64,000 nt of DNA from Candidatus Woesearchaeota archaeon (GTDB lineage: Archaea; Nanobdellota; Nanobdellia; SCGC-AAA011-G17; UBA489), in NCBI GenBank assembly GCA_964366415.1, contig CAYITG010000001.1, positions 11,649-75,648 on the forward strand, read 5' to 3'. The position numbers and the translations under genes are program-made. Numbering within the stretch: position 1 is the first letter of the stretch; every line of letters starts with the position of its first letter. Under the pieces are notes generated by a model, which saw nothing but the letters and a program-made list of their open reading frames with translations, was not told the origin of the DNA and ran no database searches. Of the stretch, positions 1 to 8,390 are shown piece after piece.

Positions 1-2343
1 AATGTTGGAAGCGTTCGTGAGACTATCACGGAAGTTGAACTCGATATGTTGGCTGGAGGTGTTGTAACTACCTCTCAAGGTCCTACAGAATATAATCAAT
101 ATTTGCGATTTAGCAATACTGTTACTGGACAAAATACTTTGCGATTCGCTCCCGTTATCAACTTTACAGAAAATGATGATCCTACCTCTCAAGTTGGAGA
201 CTTTTTAGTTGTTAAGGATGGCACTAAGGTCAACGAAAGTTTTTTTGAATACGAACTTGAGTTTGAGGATGGTTTTGAATCTACAATAGCAAATAATACT
301 CTTCTAGATTTTAAAGGTATTGGACTTAACATCCTTGGAACTCAATATACGGTTGTCGATGCTGATATTGATACTTTTCTCCACCAAGTTACTCTTACTC
401 TTTTGAGTGATTCTCATCATTTTTTGATGAATGAAAACCAGATTCAACAAGTGAATTATAATGGGCGCATTTATACAATAGAGGTTCTGGTCATCCAAAG
501 TACACCAACAGTAACATTAAATGTTGATGGCCAGGTCTTGGCACAACTCACAGAGGGACAAACCATACCTCTTTCAGATGGAACTGTAGTAGGAATTCTT
601 CATATCATCCCTAATACTTTAACAGGGGATATTGTTGAATTTTATTTGGCAACTTCTTCATTAAAGATCACAGATCATAACTATACTGACTCAGAAATAA
701 CTTTAGGAAATGGAAATCCTGAACCTTTAGGATACTCTCAAGCTGTTGAGATTAGTGGAGAACCCATTGAAGAAGGATTTGTGCAAATAATTGGCCATAA
801 TACCTCTCCTTCAATTTTTGAAATCTTTGGTGTAAAATATCGTTTAACTGTCGATGCTCTCCCTGGTGTTCGTAATGTCTATGCTCCTCAAGGTCATGGT
901 ATTCGTGAATACTTAGACGAACCTCAAGGAATGCTGTCTCATTGGGATATTCGTTATGAAGGATTAGATGATATTGGCAATTCTGTTATCAAATTAGATC
1001 CTTCTGGTGACGATGAATACCGAATGGCAGCAGAAAATACACTAGGACAAATATATCAATGGCCATTTACAACAAACGAAGGCGGAACCTTCAAATATGG
1101 AGATCAGAATGATGATTTCGTCTGGGTTGAAGGATTTGTTCATCCGCAATACAACTTAACAAACAATATCTTCAATGTTGGTCGCTTGGATTATTTTATC
1201 TTGAGCGATATGGACAGGCCATTTGATGACACCGCTATTTCCCACATTTTCAGATACAATTCCATTGACACTGCTTCGCAACAATTGCAGTTTGATGATC
1301 TTGTTACAGGCAGTAGAGATTATGTTTATACTGATGCCAATATTGTTGGAGTATTGGGAAAAACTGATATAGTAATCGGTGGAAATAGCTATGCCGCGTA
1401 TATCGCCAACATGACATTGGCAGGGGACAATCCCTTGGCTATTGATATGGATGGAGATGGAAACCTTATCGAACGCCAAGAAATTCGTTTTACAACAAAA
1501 GGTGGAGGAATTATTAGTTTTGGTAGAAATCCTGGAAGTAGCGATGGAGCTAATGTTACGTGTTATTTCCCTACACCATTGTGCGGTGTTGTAGCATTCT
1601 CTGTGGGCGCAGGAAATACCATTGGCGGCACCACTAGTGCCGTTCAGTTAAACATTACGACTCTCAGCGAAAACTTTGATGAGAATGGTCCTTCTTCAAG
1701 TGGAGACCCACCACAGAATGTTAATGAGCATTTACAATTTGTTGTTGAACAACGATCTAGTAATAGAATAGGAATCAATGTTCATAAACAGAATTGGACT
1801 TCCACTGGTGGATTTTCTTTAGAGCAACCAGATATGGATGATGATCATCTCTTTGGTATGACTGATTATGGAGCTAAACTCACTCTTTTTGACCCTGAAG
1901 GAACAGATGATGCTGAGACAGCAACTATAGATTACCCTCTTGCTCAACGTGGAGCTCATGTTTTTGTTGTTGGAAATATTGCACCTCCTTCGACGGAAGT
2001 TTGTACTAATGGTATCGATGACGACAATGATAGCCTAATTGACTGCCAAGATCCAGATTGTAATTCACATCCTGCATGCACAACTGGCGGAGGAAACGAA
2101 GTTTGTGACAATCAGATAGATGATGATGGAGATACTCAAACAGATTGCAATGACGTCCTTGATTGTGGAGGATATTGCATTCATCAATTACAACTGCAAA
2201 ACCAGAGACTCCAAATCAGAGTTGATGAACTTGAACACAGAGTCGATGGTATCCATAAAACTGTAGTAATTCTTAAAACTAAGGTCAGAGAGCTTTTATG
2301 CGATGTCTATGAATGCCCTCCTGAAGAGTTTTCTAATATTTAA
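1..2343 (+). CDS. Large secreted/surface protein, 5'-truncated by the window edge, with C-terminal Cys/Asp-rich tandem modules and a coiled coil
   Basis: The frame is open from nt 1, with no stop before the ATG at 46. The sequence is Thr/Asn/Gly-rich and beta-type. Two CxxxIDDDxDxxxDCxDxxC modules lie at 2002-2178, followed by a heptad-like QLQLQNQRLQIRVDELEHRV. Confidence 0.6.
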   Translation, partial: NVGSVRETITEVELDMLAGGVVTTSQGPTEYNQYLRFSNTVTGQNTLRFAPVINFTENDDPTSQVGDFLVVKDGTKVNESFFEYELEFEDGFESTIANNTLLDFKGIGLNILGTQYTVVDADIDTFLHQVTLTLLSDSHHFLMNENQIQQVNYNGRIYTIEVLVIQSTPTVTLNVDGQVLAQLTEGQTIPLSDGTVVGILHIIPNTLTGDIVEFYLATSSLKITDHNYTDSEITLGNGNPEPLGYSQAVEISGEPIEEGFVQIIGHNTSPSIFEIFGVKYRLTVDALPGVRNVYAPQGHGIREYLDEPQGMLSHWDIRYEGLDDIGNSVIKLDPSGDDEYRMAAENTLGQIYQWPFTTNEGGTFKYGDQNDDFVWVEGFVHPQYNLTNNIFNVGRLDYFILSDMDRPFDDTAISHIFRYNSIDTASQQLQFDDLVTGSRDYVYTDANIVGVLGKTDIVIGGNSYAAYIANMTLAGDNPLAIDMDGDGNLIERQEIRFTTKGGGIISFGRNPGSSDGANVTCYFPTPLCGVVAFSVGAGNTIGGTTSAVQLNITTLSENFDENGPSSSGDPPQNVNEHLQFVVEQRSSNRIGINVHKQNWTSTGGFSLEQPDMDDDHLFGMTDYGAKLTLFDPEGTDDAETATIDYPLAQRGAHVFVVGNIAPPSTEVCTNGIDDDNDSLIDCQDPDCNSHPACTTGGGNEVCDNQIDDDGDTQTDCNDVLDCGGYCIHQLQLQNQRLQIRVDELEHRVDGIHKTVVILKTKVRELLCDVYECPPEEFSNI

Positions 2344-2487
2344 CCATCAAAAGGTTTAAATAGGAACTAAACAGCTTTTTTGTTATCATGACACGAGTTG
2401 GTTGTATTCATCAACGGGAATAATCTTCTTAGTCCAAACTCGTTTACCTCATTTTTATTACAAGATAGACAGAATGCTGTCCTTTAT

Positions 2488-2560
2488 GACGACCGTAGTT
2501 TAGTGGTAGAATCCGGGACTGTGGATCCTGGGGCGGGAGTTCGATTCTCCCCGGTCGCCC
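2488..2560 (+). tRNA. tRNA-His (anticodon GTG)
   Basis: The cloverleaf is readable by eye. G-1 (2488) lies opposite C73 (2559). Acceptor stem is 2489-2495/2552-2558, with 6 WC pairs plus an A1.C72 mismatch. D arm is GTTT/AGTGGTA/GAAT. Anticodon stem is CGGGA/TCCTG with loop CTGTGGA (GTG at 2521-2523). T arm is GGGAG/TTCGATT/CTCCC. No CCA is encoded and a TTTT run follows. Confidence 0.85.
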
Positions 2561-2579
2561 TTTTCATACAAGGTGCGTT

Positions 2580-3845
2580 ATGGAGATAAAACGAGCAAAA
2601 GGAACACGGGACTTTTTTTATGAAGATGAACTTCTCCGCAAGAATGTTTTAACTCTATTAGAAGAAACCTTTCGACTCTATGGATTTAATCCTTTAGAGA
2701 CTCCTATCCTGGAGTTATATGAAACCTTAGCAAGTAAATATTCCGGTGGAGCAGAAATCCTCAAAGAAACATTCACACTCAAAGATCAAGGAAAACGCGA
2801 TCTTGGATTGCGCTATGATTTGACTGTTCCTTTCGCGCGCTTCATTGCCATGAATCCTCAATTCAAGATGCCGGTTAAACGTTATCAAATTGGACCTGTC
2901 TTTCGCGATGGACCGCTTAAAGTGGGGCGTTATCGCGAGTTTTACCAATGCGATGTCGATGTTGTTGGCATGAAGAATGTCGAAGCAGATGCAGAGATCC
3001 TTACTCTCGCTGAACGCGCTTTTCAACGCTTGAAGATGGATGTTGTCATTAAAGTGAATAATCGTAAAATCCTTGATGCTTTGATGATCAAGCTTGGTGT
3101 TCCACAAACGAAATGCGAAGATGTGATGCTGAGCTTAGATAAACTTGAGAAGATTGGCTTGGAGGGTGTGCAAGAAGAACTGAAACAAAAAGGCATTACG
3201 ACAACAACACTCCCTACACTTTTTGAAAGTGTGTTACGCGAAGGAACAAACCAAGACAAACTCCAATACTTTTGGAAGCTTCTTGGAGAATGCGAGGGGC
3301 TTGATGAAATTGAGAAAGTGCTTGCTTTGACTGGCAAGAATGTGGAATTTGACCCTTGTCTCGCACGAGGACTGAGTTATTACACGGGAACTGTTTTTGA
3401 AGTGTATTTACGTGATAAAAGCATTACGAGCAGTGTTGCTGCTGGCGGACGTTATGACAAGATGATCTGTGAGTTTGTCGGCAAGGAAGGCTATGAAGCT
3501 GTTGGGATTAGCTTTGGATTGGATGTTATCTGCGATGCCTTGCGCATGAAAGGACAGGGAACGACCAAAAGCGTGTGTCAGGCTTACATTATTCCTATTC
3601 AAGCCTTGAATGAAGGGCTTAGCATTGCAGAACGATTACGTGATAAGGGCGTCGCTTGTGATATCGATTTGCAGGGACGAGGCATTAGCAAGAATTTAGA
3701 ATATGCAAGCGTGATGAAGATTCCCTATGTTGTGTTTGTTGGCCAAAAAGAATTAGCAGTCAAGAAAGTAAAAGTGCGCAATATGATTTCTGGCAAAGAA
3801 GAGTTATTGAGCGTTGAAGAAGCAACACAGATGATCTTACATTAA
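2580..3845 (+). CDS. hisS: Histidyl-tRNA synthetase (class II)
   Basis: 421 aa. Contains N-terminal KGTRDF, the motif-2 region YQIGPVFRDGPLKVGRYREFYQCDVD, AAGGRYD, and a C-terminal anticodon-binding-type domain. Confidence 0.95.
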   Translation: MEIKRAKGTRDFFYEDELLRKNVLTLLEETFRLYGFNPLETPILELYETLASKYSGGAEILKETFTLKDQGKRDLGLRYDLTVPFARFIAMNPQFKMPVKRYQIGPVFRDGPLKVGRYREFYQCDVDVVGMKNVEADAEILTLAERAFQRLKMDVVIKVNNRKILDALMIKLGVPQTKCEDVMLSLDKLEKIGLEGVQEELKQKGITTTTLPTLFESVLREGTNQDKLQYFWKLLGECEGLDEIEKVLALTGKNVEFDPCLARGLSYYTGTVFEVYLRDKSITSSVAAGGRYDKMICEFVGKEGYEAVGISFGLDVICDALRMKGQGTTKSVCQAYIIPIQALNEGLSIAERLRDKGVACDIDLQGRGISKNLEYASVMKIPYVVFVGQKELAVKKVKVRNMISGKEELLSVEEATQMILH

Positions 3846-3963
3846 CTATATTCTTTATAATCTATATTCCTTTGCACTAACGTTTATATATTTGTGTGAG
3901 GATTTTTGTGTGTGCTTTATGCACAGGTGTTAAGGGAGATCACAAACATTTCTTTGTGCATGT

Positions 3964-4566
3964 ATGATGGGACTCATTATCTTCATGACTGATACGCATA
4001 AGCGTTTGCTGATCGGCTCTTTGCTTGCTATTTTTAGTTTATTGATTCTTACTGTTGTGTTGCTTATACGACCTGGAGATTCTGTTGATAACCTTGAAAT
4101 TAATGGCGTTCGCTATAACCAAAGTGATATTTTTACTCTCTTAGACAAAGAACCAGTTATTGTTGAACGCAAAGTGAATGTTCCTACCTATTATGTTGTT
4201 GTCAATGGCAAAAATTATACTGCCTATGATGTCATGAACATTTTGGAAGCAAGCGGCGTTCGTGTTTCTAGCTTTGACAAATGGGTTCAACATATTTTTG
4301 ATGATGCACAAGAGGAACTCAGCCTTCTTTATAGTTCTGATGTATATGGCCCGGGAGAATATCTCATAGAAGATGTGGAATCTTCAGATTGCTATATTGA
4401 ATTTGACCATGGCGGTTTTGATGAAGGAGTTGTCAGTTGTCATGATATTGATATTGAAACAGAGAGTGGAGACAGCATTCAATGCGATATCGAGGTCTAT
4501 TTCAAGAAGAACACGCTCTATGAACATGGTAAAATCAAGAATTGCGCTAGGTTTAAGCTCTTTTAG
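3964..4566 (+). CDS. Hypothetical N-terminally membrane-anchored protein
   Basis: 200-aa ORF with one N-terminal TM helix (LLIGSLLAIFSLLILTVVLLI) followed by an acidic soluble domain. No recognisable motif. Confidence 0.5.
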   Translation: MMGLIIFMTDTHKRLLIGSLLAIFSLLILTVVLLIRPGDSVDNLEINGVRYNQSDIFTLLDKEPVIVERKVNVPTYYVVVNGKNYTAYDVMNILEASGVRVSSFDKWVQHIFDDAQEELSLLYSSDVYGPGEYLIEDVESSDCYIEFDHGGFDEGVVSCHDIDIETESGDSIQCDIEVYFKKNTLYEHGKIKNCARFKLF

Positions 4567-4799
4567 TACTTATTCTTTCTTTTTATTACGATATAATAGA
4601 TGAATGCTCCTATGCTATGCAATAACACTACCACAAGAATCCATATGATCTTATCATTCTTGTTCTTGAAATTGCGCTGAGCACAATCAATAATCATCCA
4701 TACCCAAAAGATAGATAATACTATGGGAATTGCAATAAATAACAGAACCATAAACAAACCAATGATCCCCATTCCTATCCATGCTCCTGTGTTCATCAT
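4563..4799 (-). CDS. Small two-TM membrane protein, PLD-nuclease N-terminal (PLDc_N)-like
   Basis: 78 aa. The motifs WVWMIIDCAQR and WILVVVLLHSIGAFIYYI resemble the PLDc_N small membrane protein family. It overlaps scpA by 4 nt. Confidence 0.6.
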   Translation of the reverse strand: MMNTGAWIGMGIIGLFMVLLFIAIPIVLSIFWVWMIIDCAQRNFKNKNDKIIWILVVVLLHSIGAFIYYIVIKRKNKY

Positions 4800-5506
4800 C
4801 GTAAGGTAATTTGAATCTCCTCAAATGCTTTTTCCTGCTGCAGATCAATCTTTTGCTGATTTGTTAAATACAATAAAGGAATGAATGTCATGATCTTATC
4901 TTCTTTCTTTTCTGAATTTACTAGTTCGGTGAAGGTGAGATTTGGCTTTTTACCAAACCACGATTTTATTCTGTCATAGACGCTTGCAATCAATTGCGTA
5001 ATATCTATTTTCTTTTGTGGCAGTACTGCTTCACGAATGACTCGTGCACTCATGATACGCTTGATTTTTCTTCGTTCTTCCACTTCGATTGCTTGCTCGA
5101 GGGCTTTCATCAAATCTTTGATCGTTAATTGACGCTTACGTGGTTGCGGTGTTTTAATTAATAAGGGCGGATAGTCTTGATGCGCATTATATTTTATTTC
5201 TTCCTCGGCATCAGACAATAAATCTTCTTCAGGCGGGAATAATTGATTATCAAAATCGACAAGATGCTCGTCAACAAGCTTGTGTGTTTTTATGCGCAAG
5301 AGAATTGATGATGCCAATAACATCTTTCCTGAGATGAAGAAGTTATGCTCTTGCAAGGAACGGACTGTTTCGATGTATCGCTGAGCTAAATGAGAGATAT
5401 CTACATTCCATGGGTCAAGCTCTTCAGACTTCACAAGATCGTAAATGATGGTCTGCCAGGTGACTTCGTCTTTGTTTGTTAAAAGGTTATAGATATGCTC
5501 TTGCAT
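4796..5506 (-). CDS. scpA: Segregation and condensation protein A (kleisin)
   Basis: 236 aa. N-terminal DPWNVDISHLAQRYIETV...FFISGKMLLASSILLRIK resembles ScpA, followed by an acidic linker and a C-terminal helical domain. Confidence 0.7.
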   Translation of the reverse strand: MQEHIYNLLTNKDEVTWQTIIYDLVKSEELDPWNVDISHLAQRYIETVRSLQEHNFFISGKMLLASSILLRIKTHKLVDEHLVDFDNQLFPPEEDLLSDAEEEIKYNAHQDYPPLLIKTPQPRKRQLTIKDLMKALEQAIEVEERRKIKRIMSARVIREAVLPQKKIDITQLIASVYDRIKSWFGKKPNLTFTELVNSEKKEDKIMTFIPLLYLTNQQKIDLQQEKAFEEIQITLR

Positions 5507-5587
5507 GGCTTTAGAGATATGTCTTGTTTTATAACCATTTCCTTTACCTAAATTGTTACTATCCTAGAATAGTTACACACCGAAAGA

Positions 5588-5596
5588 TTTATAAAT
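5588..5596 (+). promoter_or_regulatory. TATA-box-like element (tttataaat) not obviously serving a CDS
   Basis: Consensus archaeal TATA lying 156 nt upstream of the 5752 ATG, which has its own TATA-like element at about 5722-5729. A GC-rich hairpin lies about 40 nt downstream. Confidence 0.35.
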
Positions 5597-5751
5597 AAGT
5601 TCTGTATCTTTTTCTTTATCACCTCTTTTTCCCCAGGAAGCTGGCTCTTCGGAGCTCGCTTCCCAGGGTTTTATTACATTTTTACCTGGTTATTCTGAAC
5701 TCTCTTTTCCGTTAGCACTAATCTTATAAGGATCGTTCTCTTTTCTTTTTT

Positions 5752-6375
5752 ATGTATAAGGGGAAAGAGCCGGTGTATGTGGTTATTAGTTTAGTTCTTG
5801 CCTTGGCTTTTCTTGGATTTTTTATGACTTACCTGATGAATGATCACGACAGCGCGTTGACGGGAAGTACCGTTATTCAACCCCTTGAAGATGACGTACC
5901 TTTAGACACTCAAGCATCTGTACCTGTTGACACAGGAAGTGCTGTTGCACCTTTTGATCTTAATGATAGAACCTTTCGAGACTTTGCTTTAGGAGAGGAT
6001 ATTACTGTTGATGGTTATTTTATTAAAGTTGTAAGTATTAAAGCTCTTGAAAAAGTAGGAACATACCTTACACCTACTACGTTTCAAGGTACTGATGCTG
6101 ATAAACTCTTTTATGTTGTTCAGATGCAGATCACTTCTCTTTCTGCTAAAGAACAATATGCACCTCTTGACATGTTTGTTCTGAGTGATGGAATATCTAC
6201 CTATTCGATCGATGAGGAAGCGACAAAATTCTTTGGAGCAGAAAGCATTCAGTATCCTGTATTACGCAAAGACGTGAGAAGAATTGTTAAATTTGCTTTC
6301 GATGTTGATCCTGGCATGTATGATCTTTATATTTTTGGAAACAACGTTATTTATCGTGTTAAAATTACTTCTTAA
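5752..6375 (+). CDS. Membrane-anchored extracytoplasmic protein, DUF4352-like beta-sandwich
   Basis: 207 aa with an N-terminal TM helix. The C-terminal part has a pattern reminiscent of DUF4352 (F.KVVSI...FYVVQMQITS...FVLSDG..Y). A TATA-like cttataag lies about 22 nt upstream of the ATG. Confidence 0.5.
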   Translation: MYKGKEPVYVVISLVLALAFLGFFMTYLMNDHDSALTGSTVIQPLEDDVPLDTQASVPVDTGSAVAPFDLNDRTFRDFALGEDITVDGYFIKVVSIKALEKVGTYLTPTTFQGTDADKLFYVVQMQITSLSAKEQYAPLDMFVLSDGISTYSIDEEATKFFGAESIQYPVLRKDVRRIVKFAFDVDPGMYDLYIFGNNVIYRVKITS

Positions 6376-6938
6376 GGTTCGAAGCGTAAGATGTAATCAT
6401 CACCATCTTTGATGACATGCTGTGTTAATTGATCATTTTCTTTTCCATTTACCAAGAGTTTTACTTTTCCAGGTTGATCATTACACAGATCTCCGTTCTT
6501 TTTATCTAACAACTCATCATCTTTAAAGTTTTGGCCGATCACTCCCATATACTTTCCTAATGTAATTTCTTCTGGATTCAATATTGTACCTTCAATATGG
6601 ATTAATCGATCTGCATGCGTATGCAATAAAGGCAATCCCAAATGATGTTCACCAACTGGCGCAGGCATAAGTTTTTCTTCTCCACATACAAATACTTTTA
6701 ATGTTGCATGCCAATGCACTTGCCCTTTGCTGTATGGTTCTTTAGGATTTGAAAACTCATTTTTTGGAATCATGACAATAGAGATCATTACTACAATTGC
6801 TGCGAGACCACCTACAGACCACATGATTATTTTTTTTGTTTGATCTTTAGAAGATTTTTGTTGTTCGCTGTGCTCACGCTGCTGTTCGCGTTCCTGCTTT
6901 TTTAATTCCTGACGTTCGTGGCGTGAAAGGTTTTCCAT
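6372..6938 (-). CDS. Membrane-anchored His-rich extracytoplasmic protein (paralogue of 11592-12305)
   Basis: 188 aa. A K/E/Q-rich N-terminus and one TM helix are followed by HWHATLKVFVCG...HHLGLPLLHTHADRLIHIEG. It overlaps the neighbouring genes at both ends. Confidence 0.55.
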   Translation of the reverse strand: MENLSRHERQELKKQEREQQREHSEQQKSSKDQTKKIIMWSVGGLAAIVVMISIVMIPKNEFSNPKEPYSKGQVHWHATLKVFVCGEEKLMPAPVGEHHLGLPLLHTHADRLIHIEGTILNPEEITLGKYMGVIGQNFKDDELLDKKNGDLCNDQPGKVKLLVNGKENDQLTQHVIKDGDDYILRFEP

Positions 6939-7699
6939 TATTCAAATAGCTCCTTTTCAATTATTTTTTGATATGCTATGAAAGGCAACGCACCTGCCAC
7001 TTTTTCTCCATTGATGAAAAAAGTTGGTGTGCTTTGTACTCCTGCTTTTTCGGCATCGTTTTTATCTTTTTCGATTTCTCCAGCTTCCTGCCCAGTATCG
7101 AGACATCGGTTAAATACGTCCATTTTCACATGGACTTCTCCTGCCAGATGCTTTATATGGCTTACTGCCAAGGCAATATCGAGATATTTTTGTTGATTGT
7201 TTTCTGTTGTGATTACAAGCATTTTTGCCTTTTCAGGAGCATCTACTTCCTGCACCATACTATTCAAAACATTTTGATTTGCGAATATTTTGTCTTGCAG
7301 TTCCCAGAACTTTCCTTGATTATGCGCACATTCTGCTGCTTCCGCAGCTTTTCCCGACCAGGCATGGCCAGATTCTTTCATAGGGAGATCACGCATCACA
7401 AAACGTACTTTTCCCGTTGTTATGTATTCTTTCCTTAACAAAGGAAATGTTTCTATCCAAAATTGTTTACAATACTGACATTGAGCATCTGAAAATTCTA
7501 TGATAGTGACGGAAGCATCTTCATCCCCTAGAAAAGGATCATCGTCTACTGTAACATCTACAGGCATTTCCACTCTTGTTGTTTCTCCTGTAATGGGGCT
7601 TGTTTCTTTTTCTGTGAGTAGCCATGTGCTCAACGTGATTACAAAAAGAATGGCAAATATTGTTGTTCCTATTTTCCATATGTGTTCTTTTGCTTCCAT
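6938..7699 (-). CDS. DsbA-family thiol:disulfide oxidoreductase (thioredoxin fold), membrane-anchored
   Basis: CxxC active site in IIEFSDAQCQYCKQF with a DsbA-like helical insert. I chose the ATG at 7699 because a TATA (ctttataatg, 7721-7730) sits 22-31 nt upstream. The ORF-track start at 7783 is a TTG that overlaps the divergent gene. Confidence 0.75.
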   Translation of the reverse strand: MEAKEHIWKIGTTIFAILFVITLSTWLLTEKETSPITGETTRVEMPVDVTVDDDPFLGDEDASVTIIEFSDAQCQYCKQFWIETFPLLRKEYITTGKVRFVMRDLPMKESGHAWSGKAAEAAECAHNQGKFWELQDKIFANQNVLNSMVQEVDAPEKAKMLVITTENNQQKYLDIALAVSHIKHLAGEVHVKMDVFNRCLDTGQEAGEIEKDKNDAEKAGVQSTPTFFINGEKVAGALPFIAYQKIIEKELFE

Positions 7700-7720
7700 C
7701 TCCTGGTTTCTTTCTTCTTT

Positions 7721-7730
7721 CTTTATAATG
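7721..7730 (-). promoter_or_regulatory. TATA box for the DsbA-like gene
   Basis: cattataaag on the minus strand, 22-31 nt upstream of the ATG at 7699. Confidence 0.5.
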
Positions 7731-7777
7731 GTTTCTTCCAGCACAATGTTTTTAAACAATGTTCTCTTCCTTAAAGG

Positions 7778-8278
7778 ATGCAAAACACTAAGATTGGTTT
7801 AATTATCATTGGCCTTAGCATTCTCATAGGACTTTTTTTAGTGAATTACATTGATGACACCAGACAAGCCGGTGAGCAAGAAGGATGCGCCAAGAGCGAA
7901 TGTGCCGGATTTTTAGCAACGATGAGTGGCGCAAATATCGGATTGGGATTGCTTTTTGGCTTACTCTCTTTGGGTGCTTATATGGTTTTTTTCAGTAAAG
8001 GAGAGCGCGCTCTTTTAGAATATATTGAAAAGGAAAAAGCTCATTTAGGATCAGATGAAAAACTACGCATTGTTGGCATGCTTTTAGATCCCAATGAAAA
8101 GATGGTCTTTGACACCATTCGTGAACATGAAGGCATCACTCAACAGATGATCCGTATTAAAACAAATCTATCAAAATCTACAGTCAGTGAAATTCTTAGT
8201 GCGTTTGAAAGAAAACAACTCATTAGTCGCGTTGTTAAAGGAAAAACATATTCTATCTTTTTAACGAAGAGCATATAA
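7778..8278 (+). CDS. Membrane-tethered winged-helix (MarR/ArsR-like) transcription regulator
   Basis: 166 aa with two N-terminal TM helices. The C-terminal VFDTIREHEGITQQMIRIKTNLSKSTVSEILSAFERKQLISRVVKGK is a wHTH-type sequence. Confidence 0.6.
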   Translation: MQNTKIGLIIIGLSILIGLFLVNYIDDTRQAGEQEGCAKSECAGFLATMSGANIGLGLLFGLLSLGAYMVFFSKGERALLEYIEKEKAHLGSDEKLRIVGMLLDPNEKMVFDTIREHEGITQQMIRIKTNLSKSTVSEILSAFERKQLISRVVKGKTYSIFLTKSI

Positions 8279-8360
8279 GCCTCTGCGAACGGAACAGAAC
8301 TATTTTTGTTCTTTATTCTTTTATTGGACCTTTGATTCTCTTATCGTTCGTGCGGCAATC

Positions 8361-8368
8361 TTTATATA
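8361..8368 (+). promoter_or_regulatory. TATA box, leaderless-type spacing
   Basis: tttatata ending 23 nt before the ATG at 8391. Confidence 0.5.
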
Positions 8369-8390
8369 GAGCATCTTATTCCTTTTTCTT

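Noticed and set aside
2398-2589. 63-aa ORF in the track between the surface-protein gene and hisS
   Set aside because: It starts with TTG and reads straight through the tRNA-His gene (2488-2560). Its peptide is simply the translated tRNA sequence.
6968-7802. Plus-strand ORFs (6968-7438, 6978-7196, 7500-7802) antisense to the DsbA-like gene
   Set aside because: They give Cys/Phe/Ser-rich nonsense-like peptides. The minus-strand frame has a clear thioredoxin-fold CxxC motif.
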